Shown here: positions 38,031 through 49,728 of the stretch, piece after piece
How the letters are laid out: each line of letters begins with the position of its first letter
How positions within the stretch are numbered: the first letter of the stretch is position 1
NCBI GenBank assembly: GCA_964252035.1
Contig: OZ176205.1
Reading direction: 5' to 3' (one strand)
Source of the DNA: Podarcis erhardii
Lineage: Eukaryota
Length of the DNA: 64,000 bases
Notes under the pieces: generated by a model
What the model saw: the letters and a program-made list of their open reading frames with translations, nothing else
What the model was told of the DNA's origin: nothing
The model's database searches: none
Translations under genes and position numbers: made by a program

Positions 38031-40929
38031 GCACAAGCTAAGGAAGCTACAATTTAAGAATTATGAGGGGTCTCTATAACCAAGAAACTTTAATGTTCTA
38101 TATACTTTGTCAAAGGGAAAGGAGGTTCTAAAGCAGACTTTCATCATTCTGATACAAGTGAAAAATCCTCCACAGCTACACAATCATCTGTCACCTAGCT
38201 TTTATAAATCTTGAGAAATTCTCCATTTACGCTAAGTAAGAAATCATAAGGTATTTTCACTTAAAAGAATTTCATAAGCAAATAGGCTTCTTGCAAGATG
38301 CGCGTTTCCATTATATTGTTGGTTTGTGGAAGTATGTGTCAGTATATACATAAATATAAAATGATATTATTTCCACTTTCTTTTTCTTTTCTCTTGGAAT
38401 AATACACATTTGGGTGGGGAGTAATGCTTTGGAGCCTCTTAAACTTTGCATTGCTTAGGGGCCTCAATGTGTCTCAGTCCCATCCTGCTCACAAGGCAAT
38501 CACTGCCCACTACCTAATTGCAGGACCGGTCACACAAGCTACATAATGTATGGAACCTGAAGACAAGAGATCAGACTTAAATCACCAGTTGGTCATGGAG
38601 GCTCTGGAAAGTGGCAGAAGTGTGTCTGGGAAGTCCTGTTGATAAATACATGGTTACTACTCTGGAACTCAACTGTTATGAAAGTGCTGTTGTTAAGATC
38701 GGGAGCTATGGACACCTCTGTTTATACATATATCAGTTTTATATAAAGGCAAGGGGGGGTAGATTGCCCAAATGACAAAGATTGTGATAATGGGAGAGAA
38801 GTGAATTGGCATAATTGGCATAAATCTATTCAAGGACTTCTGCCAAGGTGGCAGAGAACAAAACTGGGCTCCATGATTCCGCAAGACTAATCTTTGGAAG
38901 TAATTAGTCCAGCTTGAATAAGAAGGGCAACATTAGCATAAGCATCACATAACTCCTACATTAAGCCTATCATAAAAGTTCCAAATGTTTAAATGAGTTC
39001 TTCCATTAAGGCAGTCTGGGCATTCATTCCATCTGCGCAGGGAAAGCAAATCTATTTCTCCCCCCTCTCCCTGCATTTTCAATAAACCCTCTTGGCTACA
39101 GTTAATGTAAGAGAAACCCATCTCAAGGCAGATGAGCAATGATAAATTGCAATGTTTTGTAGCATTTTTCCAAGAGGCATCAATGAAGGTTGTTGTTGCT
39201 GGGGTGTGTGTATGGGGGTGTGTGTGTGTCTGTTTTTACATACCAAAGTATGCTTTATTCATTTGAGAGAGAAATAAATTACATGAAAGCTGTATTTCTG
39301 AGTCACCAAGCTCACAATAATCACAGTACATAACTCAGTGCCAAAGCAGGATGCAACAAAGAAAACATTGACTCTTGGAGCTGGAGATCTGTGCAGCCCT
39401 AATAGATTATGAACCATAGATCTGTACTCTGATCTAGTTCTTTTCTGCTCTGTGCCAAGAAACACAATGCATTTCTGCATTATGGCAGATTAACAATTAA
39501 GGTTTTAAAGATATTTTCATAAACAACCATATACATAATGATTGCAATATTTGAAGTTCTAACATTTGACCTTTAGGGGTTGTCACTATAACCCTGCACA
39601 GGATTCAAGTCAAATTGGTCATATTCTGCTACACAAAACTATGGATCACTGCAAGTTGGGTTGAATTGGCCCATAGTGATCAATGGCTCTCAGGGGGCAG
39701 GACAACAGACAGGAAGGTGAAGCAGAGAAGTCATGAAAAGGGCCAAGGCATAACTGACTGGCATGTGTCTCTACCCAAAAGAAGGTAGCTGGGTGCCTGA
39801 TGCCCTGCAGGATCAATGCCTCTGCTCAACACTTTTGATCCTCTGAGGTATGGATGCTGCTTCTCAAGTGGCTCGAATAGAGCTGTAGTTCAATCTGAGT
39901 TGCTAGCTGCACCTCCAAGGAGAGAAACCTCTTCAGTGAAAAGGGTCCAGCCTATTCCAAGAAGCATTGACTCCAGAAGCAGAAGTGAGACTGTGGCTCT
40001 GCTGGGGCATCAGAGAGCAATGTGATCTCCTCAGCCCAGACGGATGCTGAAAAACAGGGCTTCCAACAGTTCTGGGGCAGTGGAAACAACTGGGGCCAGA
40101 TGGACTCAGACTCCTTGGCTCATGACAGCCCAGTCTAAAAACTAGCAGTGTCTATCCTTAGTCGTGTTATTACACATACTCTAGTATAGGTGCAGTTTGA
40201 ATAAAACCACAACCTGGGCCTTTGGGAGTCCTGCATTTCATTCTCATAAATATAATTTAATAAGCTGCCTTTTACTGGTTGTATGCTCATGAAAAGTCCT
40301 TGCAGAAATTGTTTGTGACAATGAAAAATGAGGTGATTAAGTACCTCTTACCCTCTGTCCCCTCAAATAATACAAACAGCATATTGGAAGCTGGAACTTT
40401 TCCATGAAATAATGTTGACCTCCCCCTTTCACATCCATTATTCATTTGCAGATTAAATCCTGAAAGGTATGGAGCACCCGCTTTCAAATAGACAATCAAT
40501 GTTTCTGAGGTTCATGGTCATGAATGACTGTAACAGTCTTTGCTTACTATTCGTGGTCGAGACATTACTATAAGTTTTTGTTTGGACCATAAATGAGCAA
40601 GTAGCCAGCAAATTAATCAATAAAAGAGTGTATATATCTCTCTTAAAGTATTGTAGCAATGTCACCAAAAATTGCATCAACATGGTTGTTGCATCATCAC
40701 CAAGATTCTGGAGAAATGAGTAGGACAAGAAGAACACTCCAGTACACTAGCATGGTAAATTATATATTGATCTAATTGTTTCTAGATACCTTGGGAGTGA
40801 CTGAGGAATGGCATAAAGAATACGCTAAGAAATTAATTAAATTTGAGTAAATTTCCTCATAAAGTACCATTGTTCTGAGAACAATGGGCATTGTAGCTCC
40901 CATATTCATGAGCAAAGGAACAGTGGTGC

Positions 40930-41110
40930 AAATGCAGCTCAGTGGTAGAACGTCCGCTCTGCTTGGAGAAAGACCCAGGTTCAATTCCTGGCATCTCTAG
41001 GTATAGCTGGGTATGTCTCCAGTTTGAAATCCTGGAGAGCCACTGTTGCTAATTCTGAGCTAGAAGGACCAATATTATGTCTCAGCATAAGGCAGCTTCC
41101 TATGTTCCTA
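40930..41110 (+). mobile_element. tRNA-derived SINE (Squam3-like)
   Basis: A box AGCTCAGTGG, B box GGTTCAATTCC, tail AAGGCAGCTTCCTATGTTCCTA. Confidence 0.75.
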
Positions 41111-42947
41111 AGTAACCCACTCCCAAAATCACATGCTCCTGTCTAGGACTTCCCCTGAGGTTCGTCTGTGGTGCCCAGATTTTTGCAGGAAGGAGTGTTA
41201 TACATGCAAAGACCCCCTTCCTACAGACACATGCTCTATATACAGCAGATGCCTGGGATAGGACTATTGGACACAATCCTGCACCTTATTCCCACACCCA
41301 CCAAGAAGTATCTCTTTCATCACCCAAATTAGTGGGGAATAGAATGGGTCTGACATCTTCTCCTTTTATACTGGATCCTTTTCAGTTTCCCCCACTTGAT
41401 TTCCAAACCTAACCACTGACTTAAATTCACTAGTTGCTGAATCAGCAACACAGTAGAGAGCAATGTGTCTGGGCTCTCACAATTTTGAAATGACAGTTTC
41501 CATTTCTAAACTCATTTAATTCCCATCGGAAACTGTGATGCAAGTGAAGGTTTGCATTTCACCGTTTCCATCTCAGGTACATAAAACCTCTTTGTCTTGT
41601 GCTTCAAGTTTCATGCTCACAGCACCAGCTGGCATCAAAGAAATTCACACCAGCCATTCACCCCCCCCCAAAAAAAGCCACACGTTTCACTTCTGTTAGC
41701 ACCTCTTTAAGTCGGAAAACTGATATTTAAGGTTTTGCAGTGACAGCTGGGAGGCTTCTTTCCTTTCACTGCAACACAGGAAGTGAGCAAGTGAGCAAAA
41801 AGATGCTCTCTAATGGTGCAAAAATCCATTGTTAAGTTGGTATGTGATGCTGTTTTTCTACTTTTGCTTTTTGTCGTCTTATCTTGTAACTGCCCCCCAA
41901 ATGAGCCAGAGGGCACTGCAACTTGGAGCCAGTGCCACAATAATAAGGGAGTCATATATCTTCTAGATATCCATATATAAGACATGCTGAGATTCTGGCA
42001 TAGGGTTTGGTGCAATGCCTCACCCAGCATCTGCCAGGGAAATCCCTACATTAGTTTGTGATATTACTGAATGTTGAGTTCGCAATTCCTGCTTCAGCCC
42101 GTTTCCAAGGAACGCCTATTTATAATTAATAGAAAAGGAATAAATTCTAATTTAACTATGTAACCTAATAGGAAGACAGAAGCAGCAATAAAAAGAGAAA
42201 TCCCTCTGGTTATAATTAAAAATGTTGCTGAGTGAAGGTGAGCATTATCTGCCCAATGACAAACATTAGCTGTAAGATTAAATTGCAGACATTTGTAAAC
42301 AGTAACCCTGGTGTGCTGCTAATGCTTGAGTGTATGACTCTCTTCCATTGTGGGGTGCAAAGCCACTTTGATTAATGGTAAATAGGTAGGTAAACTACCT
42401 GCCTATCTTCCCATTGCATCAAAGTAAATTCTGGCCTTGTGGGGAAACCACTGCAGCTATAATCCTGAAAGCAGGCGGATTTCATATCATCAGAAGAAGC
42501 AACCATGCTTGCAAAATACACCCAATTCCTTTCCCTTTGTTTCTTTTAAAAGCAAACTTTAAAGATGTGCTGCATGAAAAACTCTGGATGTATCTATCTA
42601 CAATTTCAAATAATGCATTAGCCTTGGGAGGAGCTGCTTTGCCTGAAAATTTCACCCAATTCAGTAAGAAAATTATAGCCATTTTTAGTGGAGGGAGGGG
42701 AGGCAAAGCTTCATTTTTAACAGGTCTAATTCAGTCTGGAATAACAGGTTGATTTGGACAAACACAGAGCAGCTCCAAAAACTGATGGGTCTACTTCCCA
42801 AAGCTACAGATCCAAGACCATTTTTGTGGCTTTGTGCACATCCCTGCTAAGAACTGTTGAAAACCCTGTGATGTTATCTTCTAGTCTGCTCTTCAGATTG
42901 TTTGCTGACTACTACTGGTTATGAAACTTTGTCTCCATGCTGCCCAA

Positions 42948-43324
42948 TGTAGGCATCCCACTAGACTGGCATGCCAGGCCTCAGCTACCATCAGGATCTG
43001 GGCCAGCAAAACCAAGGAGCACTGGCTATCAGTCCAAAGGAGCCAGGAGCTAGTGCATGGTCCAAGCCAGGTTGGAACCAAGATCCTGAGCAGCAGTCAG
43101 GAGTTTAGGCAGTGACCTTAGAGCATTTGCACTGAGGAGCAAGCAAGCCCTGAGATTAGGGCTTTATACTGTTGGATGCAGCTGAAAATGCTGCCTGGAG
43201 GGTGTCCTTGAATCAAAGGGTTTGCAATGGAGCCTGAGTGTTGGTTGCAGAGATGGTAGGGTGCAGGAGTCCCACTGCTGGGAATCCATCCTGGTTTGAG
43301 ATCTCCTGCCACCATTGCCTTACA
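42948..43324 (-). mobile_element. Old decayed LTR-like element
   Basis: Minus strand TGTAAGG...GTATAAAG...CCTACA; pyrimidine-rich post-TATA region resembling family A; no clean TSD. Confidence 0.4.
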
Positions 43325-44020
43325 CAAGCCCATCTTGTACTTCAGTTTGACCCAGATTTCTTTGGGATTTATATGTGCTGGATCTTTCATTGTGCATGGG
43401 AAATCTGATATTTGCGGTGACCATGGCTTGGTACTGATGTCCTTCTAACCTGTTGAATTGTAATGCAGCCTCAGTTGTGTAATGGTGCTTTATTGCCAAA
43501 TGCAGATCTGATGTCAAAGCTCTAAAATGAATCGTTGTTGTTGTTGTATGTGTATTCACTGTATGTGACTTTTTTGGAAAGGAAACTTTCATCTAAAATA
43601 TCAAAGTAATAACTTTGCCTTAGATTTCACTGTGCTATTGTGAGGCCTCTTGTATCACCCTATATTGCTTTCTTATAATTTTGTGGGGGAAGACAAAAGA
43701 TTATGATGGGTAAAGGCCTCAGTGCTTCCAAAATAAAAAGCAACGCTATACTTTATGGGTTGCTTTAGAAAAGTCTAGATTTTCTAAAAAGCACACTACT
43801 TCCTCTTTATAATTTGACCAATTTTTCAAAGTCATTTTTGTAGCTTTCATTGCTCTAAGATTTCCAACAATTGGTCAAGATAGACTCAAATTGTCCCTTG
43901 CCTTTTTAAAAATAAAAGCAATATTTAGTTGCAATTGGAAATATGGATGCCTCTGTTCTCTGTGTACTGACTAAAACAACCAGGGAAAGAAGTGGGATAA
44001 TTTTAGGTCCACCTGGAATA

Positions 44021-44266
44021 GAAGAAGAAGAAGAGTTTGGATTTGATATCCTGCTTTATCACCACCCTAAGGAGTCTCAAAGCAGCTAACATTCTCCTTT
44101 CCCTTCCTCCCCCAAAACAAACACTTTGTGAGGTGAGTGGGGCTGAGAGACTTCAGAGAAGTGTGACTAGCCCAAGGTCACCCAGCAGCTGCATGTGGAG
44201 GAGCGGAGACACGAACCCGGTTCACCAGATTACGAGTCTACTGCTTTTAACCACTAAACCACACTA
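44021..44266 (-). mobile_element. MIR/CORE-type SINE
   Basis: Minus strand TGGTTTAGTGG (A box), GGTTCG (B box), CORE-like GTGACCTTGGGC..GTCAC, (CTT)n tail. Confidence 0.8.
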
Positions 44267-44514
44267 GCACCCACCCCACTCCAGGTGCTGCATTTACAAC
44301 AGGGATGGGGAACTTTAGACCTGGGTGCTGAATTGTAGCCTCTGGCTCCTTCTACCACTGGCATACAGCCCTTTGAAGGCTGCCCGTAAAAGAATGTGTC
44401 TCTTGGGCTGAAACAGATTCCCCACCTGTGATTTAAAGGATGTTTCTCTCCATGAATTCACCTATGGTGGTATGCATGGGGATGTCAGGGAATTTCTGAT
44501 TCAGGCAATGACAA

Positions 44515-44590
44515 TCATTCCTGCATTGCAGGGGTTGGACTAGATGACCCTTGGGACCCCTTCCGGGCTCTACAATTACATGATTCTATT
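44515..44590 (+). mobile_element. CR1 extreme 3' end
   Basis: GGGGTTGGACTAGATGACC...ATGATTCTAT is a CR1 terminus. Confidence 0.7.
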
Positions 44591-45463
44591 ATTCTAACAC
44601 CCTGTTGGCTTTTGTATGGTTGCTTTATTCTGTGCCTTTGGATTGCCAGTTTTTGCTAGACTCCAACTCCCATCAGCCTCAGGCAGCATGTCAGTGTTCA
44701 GGGATGTTACAAGTTGAACTTGAGCAACATCTGGAGGGCCACAGGTCTCCCACCCCCCAATCTGTGCTTTATATCACAATTTCTGGGATTTATTCCCTGT
44801 TCATGCTCTGTGCTGTTTGTGACAGAACATATTGTTGCTCCCACAAATATCAAAGCCTTTGGTGTTGATGGCTCCACTGAGAATTCCTAGAAGTATGGAA
44901 CACCTGTAGTTTATTCTGCTTCATTCATTAGTCACTGATATAGCACAAAAAAGCAACAACAACACACAGTTCAAGGCATGTGTAAAAGAGGGATTAGACT
45001 TGAATCTAAACTGTACATGCAAGTGCAAATTGTTTACCCTAGTCACTTGTTTATTGCATCACAACAACCAGCATATTGAGGGGAGAGAATTTCAAGAACA
45101 TTTAAGTCAGGTGTCTCTATTCAGCTGGCAGAGCAGACTTTGAATCTAAAAGTACAGCTGATAATGTAATCTACAGATCATTGCCCTTGAAACGGACTAA
45201 TTCTTGGGATTCTGAAGTACATGCATGCCAATCAAAGCAGTTCACTGTAAGTATCATCTAATCTCCTGCAATGCTGTGGACTTTGGTAAATGAATGAGTT
45301 CGTGGATGTAATCCTTGGGCAAATGTCAAATTGGCAGTGTTAGTGGCCAGAGTCCTGTTCTTTTCCTGAATGGGTGGAACAACTACATCATCAGTTCACC
45401 AATTAGCAATTACTGTGGTTTTTTTCCTTTGTTATTGTTGAATTATAAATAAAGTATTATTCT

Positions 45464-45466
<3 letters not shown>

Positions 45467-45516
<50 letters not shown>
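45467..45516 (+). repeat. (AT)n microsatellite
   Basis: 25 units, direct reading. Confidence 0.95.
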
Positions 45517-45522
<6 letters not shown>

Positions 45523-46803
45523 CATCATCAGTTCACCATGTCTAATGGTACCAGGGGCAGCAACTACATACCCTCCAACATTTTCCCAATGAAAATAGAG
45601 AAGCCCCCTCCAATATTTCTCCAATGAAAACAGGGACATCCAGTGCAAATTTTCTTGAAAAAAGAGGTGCCGGAACTCACATCGCCTTATAATGGCAATG
45701 GTGCCCATGTGAGAGGTGCCAGAACTGAGTACCAGTGAGTTCCAGAATGCTTTGCAGGAAGCCTTTACTGGTATCACAGCAATTTAAATGTATGGGTATG
45801 CCAAAATCCCCAACAGTTATCTTGCAAGGCAGCCTTTCCAAGCTTGGGGTCCTCCAGATATTTTGAATAATAGCTCCCGTCAGTCCTTGTCAGCATAGCG
45901 AATGATCAGGATGATGGGAGTTGTAGTCCAAAACAGCTGGAGGGCACCAGGTTGGGGAAGTCTGTTATAAGGTAAAGTGTTCTTTGTAGAGCAGTCATCT
46001 TTGCGGATGTGAAATGTTCATTTGCAGTGGTTCCAGCAGATGGGGTACAAATAACATCTTCTAAAATATCTTTCAAATGGTGCTGTGCACCTGCAGCATG
46101 TAATGAATTTGTTTGCGAACGAGTTTTCTTTCATTACACGGTTCTCTTCATTAGCATATACCTTCCATTAAGGGATATTGTTTAAGCAGGGATTTTCAAT
46201 CCTTCTAAGTAAGATCATGTTGTGCAAATTATATTTATTATTTTCAATTCTGTGTAAATTATAGCAGGATTATATCCAGGAGTCCTGAAAACAATGAATC
46301 CCTAATGAGGGCCAACTATGTACTTCAGGAAAAAAATAAGATATCAAAAGATGCCTTTGGAAAAGAAGAATTGTAAATATGCTGTGATGGTTCTATTAAG
46401 AATTACATTTTAAAAAGACTGTAAAAAGAGCAGTGAAATATTTGTCAAACAGCACTCGCTAATATGTAACATTTACATGAGAATTAATTCAAAACAGACG
46501 CAACATTTTTCAGAATGCACAACAACTTGCATATATTCAGCTGCAGTAGTAAGCCTTAGGCATAAAGAACAAGTGTTGACAAAGTTTGTAAGGAAGTATA
46601 GCCAATGCCCTACCTCACCCCATCAGCTCTATAGTTGAGTGGGAATTTGAACTGGGTCTCTTTCAGCCTCATCTAACACTCTAACCCCAACACTGCTGTA
46701 GCATTGATCTTGTGCTCTTCCCTGGCCTACGCAAGACACCACCAGTGGCACCTATAGAACTTAAGCAGGAGAGGGTACTATACAGTATGATGATATTACA
46801 ATA

Positions 46804-47683
46804 TTGTTGTTGTTTAGTTGTTTAGTCATGTCCGACTCTTCATGACCCCATGGACCAGAGCATGCCAGGCACTCGTGTCTTCCACTGTCTCCCGCAGTTT
46901 GGTCAGACTCATGCTGGTAGCTTCGAGAACACTGTCCAACCATCTCTGTTTGACAACCACCAGATGTCAAAGAGAACAACAGCTACCAGACTTTTAGAAG
47001 ACATCTGAAGGCAGCCCTTTTTAGGGAAGCTTTTAATGTTTGATGTATCACAGTATTTTAATATTCTTTTGGAAGCCGCCCAGAGTGGCTGGGGAAACCC
47101 AGCCAGATGGGCGGGGTATAAATAATAAATTATTATTATTATTATTATCTCGTCTTCTGTCGTCCCCTTCTCCTTGTGCCCTCAATCTTTCCCAGAATCA
47201 GGGTCTTTTCCAGGGAGTCTTCTCTTCTCATGAGGTGGCCAAAGTAATGGAGCCTCAGCTTCACAATCTGTCCTTCCAGTGAGCACTCAGGGCTGATTTT
47301 TCTTTACAGCATTGGACTTTCCTTTCACTTCCAGGCAAATCCACAACTGAGCGACCTTTTGGCTTTGGCCCAGCCACTTCATCAGCTCAGAATCTACTTG
47401 CACTTGTCTTCCACTCTTCCTTAGTAGCATGTTGGATGCCTTCCGACCTGAGGGGCTCATCTTCCAGCGTCATAACTTTTATATGCCTTTTGTCTTTGTC
47501 CATGGAGTTTTCTTGGCAGGGATACTGGAGTGGCTTGCCGGTTCCTGCTCCAGGTGGATCACGTTTGGTCAAAACTCTCCACTATGACCTGTCCATCTTG
47601 GGTGGCCCTGCACAGCATAGTTCATAGTTTCTCTGAATTATTCAAGCCCCTTCACCATGGCAAGGTAGGGATCCATGAAGGGA
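46804..47683 (-). mobile_element. Internally deleted Bov-B derivative, interrupted by an L2 tail
   Basis: 46804-47295 matches 18033-18398; 47300-47683 is Bov-B-like 5' sequence (GCAAGCCACTCCAGTATCC.TGCCAAGAAAACTCCATGGAC). Confidence 0.8.
46947..47146 (+). mobile_element. L2 3' tail inserted in Bov-B
   Basis: Matches the 3' end of 28759-29158; (TAT)n tail; ATCTC duplicated at 46942-46946 and 47147-47151. Confidence 0.85.
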
Positions 47684-47894
47684 GATATTACAATATAGGA
47701 AGTCATTATTTTGTATCCCCAACAGGAGAAAGCAAGCTTGCTCCATCCTCTATGTGACGGTCCTTTAGATATTTGAAGATGGCAATCATATCTCCTCTCA
47801 AACTCCTCTTTTCCAGGCTAAGAAATACCCAAACCCCCTCAATTGTTCCTCATAAGGCTTGGTTTCCAGACCCTTTATCTTCTTGGTCGCCCTC

Positions 47895-48377
47895 TGTCAG
47901 ACGGCTGCAAGCAACTCCCACAGCCGGTTGCCAGGAACGTACAAAGACAAGGAAAAGTTTCTTACTGTCCGCTTTTTATTCAATATTTGGAACACAGTCT
48001 CATGGATAATGGCGTTGTCCCAAGTGAATCTGCATCCCCCTTCTCTCCAACTTCCTCATTTGTCCTCATCACCTCCTGTACGGCTGCTGCTTAGTGCTTT
48101 CTGTCTTTGAGCTTTTTGTTCTCCTGCTTTTAAGGCTTGCCAGGGTCTGGGAGATGGCGGGTCTGGATTGCTTTCTAGTGACAATGTGTCAGCCAGCTGC
48201 TGTTCTGGCTCTGCCTACTCCTTCTCTCCCATTATTTCCCAACTTTTCCCCTCATCTGCCTCTGAGCTGTGACTTCCTTCAACCCCCTGTTGTAATTCTG
48301 AACTGTCTTCCTCTTCTCTTGAAGGGTCAGGCTGGGGAGGTGGTCTCCACCATTCCTCCTCTGCCCAGTCCCTGACA
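47895..48377 (-). mobile_element. Solo LTR, family B (483 bp)
   Basis: TGTCAG...CTGACA termini; 5-bp TSD CCCTC/CCCAC restores the CR1 sequence; AATAAA on the minus strand near 47975; homologous to 62507-63765. Confidence 0.9.
48056..48376 (-). pseudogene. LTR(U3)-encoded 106-codon acidic frame of family B, one internal TAG
   Basis: VRDWAEEEWWRPPPQPDPSREEEDSS...HSSEA...SWEIMGEKE*AEPEQQLADTLSLESNPDPPSPRPWQALK...; aligns with the frame in the 62507 LTR. Confidence 0.6.
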
Positions 48378-48869
48378 CCCACCTCTACAGACGTTCCAGC
48401 TTGTCAATATCCTTCTTAAATAGTGGCACCCAGAACTGTATTCCGGGTGGGGCCTTGACCTTGGTCTGTACATTATACTTCTCTTGATGCAGCCTAGAAT
48501 AGCATTAGCCTTTTTTTGTTGCTGCATCACACTGTTGACTCATGTTAAGCCTGTGGTGTACTAAAACTCCTAGGTCCTTTCCACATGTACTGCTGGCAAG
48601 CCAGATGTCCCCCATCTTATATCTGTGCAGCTGGTTCTTCCTGCTTAAGTGCAGAACCTTACATTTGTCCCTGTTGAAATTCATGTTGTTAGTTTGCTCC
48701 AAGTCAGTAGTGCCACTGCTGCTTATGAGGAAGTACAGCAGGAGGGGCAAGGTTGCAGGAAGATTGGTGCAATGGGAGCACACCTGCAGGAGCATTAGAT
48801 TGGTTCCACCCAGTGACAAAGCTGCATGCTCCAGCACCGGGGGGTGGGGTGGGGTGGAGAGCAGGCGGG

Positions 48870-49480
48870 GGTGATAGCCTGGGACTCGGGCTCAGACTCG
48901 GAACCAGAGGAGACTCAGTCTGTACCGAATCCTTTGCCTTCATCTGAACCAAGTCTGGGGCCTGATCCTGAAGAGTCCCAGTCTGCACAGGTTCCCGTGC
49001 AACAAACACCAGCTGGGCCGAGTCAGGGGCCTGAGCCTGCCCTGGCTCCAGATGCGGGGATGACCTTGTTTCCTTCAGCTGGGCAATCACTTACAGCTGC
49101 TCCACTACCAGTTGGGTCAAGAGAGGTTGAGGCGGCCCCTGGGTCTAGTAACTCACCGACATCTCCCGAGCTGCAAAGACTAAGGTCTGAGAAAAGGAGA
49201 GACCTGAATACTCGCAGGAGGAGTGCTCGCCTTTGGACGAAACAGGGTGGTGAGTCGCCAGGGGATCAGGACCGGCTGCTATCCCGACAAAGATAAAAGG
49301 CTGTCGGACCCCGCCCCAGGTTGCGGGAGCAACATTGCTGTATGCTAGATCCTGCTTGAGATCCTGTACCTGTCCTTGCCTTGTTTCCTGCCTCGTGGCC
49401 CTGCCTTGGCCCTGTCAGACTGACTCCCAGTGGAAGCTTTGGATTCTGGACCGGTCCTGGACTGTGGTTCACGGGTTACC
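48870..49480 (+). mobile_element. LTR, family A, second diverged copy; 3' end lost or interrupted
   Basis: Colinear with 15143-15753, including GATAAAA and CCCAGGTTG.GG.AGCAACATTG; no terminal CA or TSD found. Confidence 0.8.
48871..49296 (+). CDS. LTR(U3)-encoded 141-codon acidic frame ending RRRSARL...R-stop (retroelement-derived)
   Basis: Open frame VIAWDSGSDSEPEE...SPELQRLRSEKRRDLNTRRRSARL...GESPGDQ; paralog of 15144-15536. Confidence 0.6.
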   Translation: MIAWDSGSDSEPEETQSVPNPLPSSEPSLGPDPEESQSAQVPVQQTPAGPSQGPEPALAPDAGMTLFPSAGQSLTAAPLPVGSREVEAAPGSSNSPTSPELQRLRSEKRRDLNTRRRSARLWTKQGGESPGDQDRLLSRQR

Positions 49481-49728
49481 CAGTGGGGACGTGGCTGGCA
49501 CGCATCCTGGGGGCGTGGCGCGTGTCCCGGGGCCATGGTGTCCCACCCCACAGTGGTGTGGCATGTGTCCTGGGAGCGTGGCACGCTGCCTGCGGGGGCG
49601 TGGTACCTGGTGCAGTGGGGGGATGCGGTGGGGAGTGCTCAGCACATGTTGGGAAGGCGTTCACGATGGTACCCCCCTCCCTGATGGTGCTGGGGGCAGT
49701 ACGCTCCCCCCCGTTTCTCCACCAGTGG
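49481..49728. mobile_element. GC-rich hAT-like MITE abutting the LTR
   Basis: CAGTGG start; repeated GGG.GCGTGG motifs; imperfect right end; TSD unclear. Confidence 0.4.

Larger units (their letters stand above)
47715..48700 (-). mobile_element. CR1 LINE RT fragment, interrupted by a solo LTR
   Basis: NFNRDKCKVLHL..KNQLHRYKMGD.WL.SSTC.KDLGVLV..RLNMSQQCDAA.KKANAILGCI. Confidence 0.9.

Noticed and set aside
40935-40992. tRNA-like A and B boxes (also in Sauria and MIR-like heads)
   Set aside because: No complete cloverleaf; continues into SINE body and tail, so these are SINE heads rather than tRNA genes
48094-48375. Antisense ORFs over LTR U3 regions (also 15275-15601, 48704-49090, 62448-62834)
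   Set aside because: Shadow frames of purine-rich sense ORFs; the synonymous pattern supports the sense frame only
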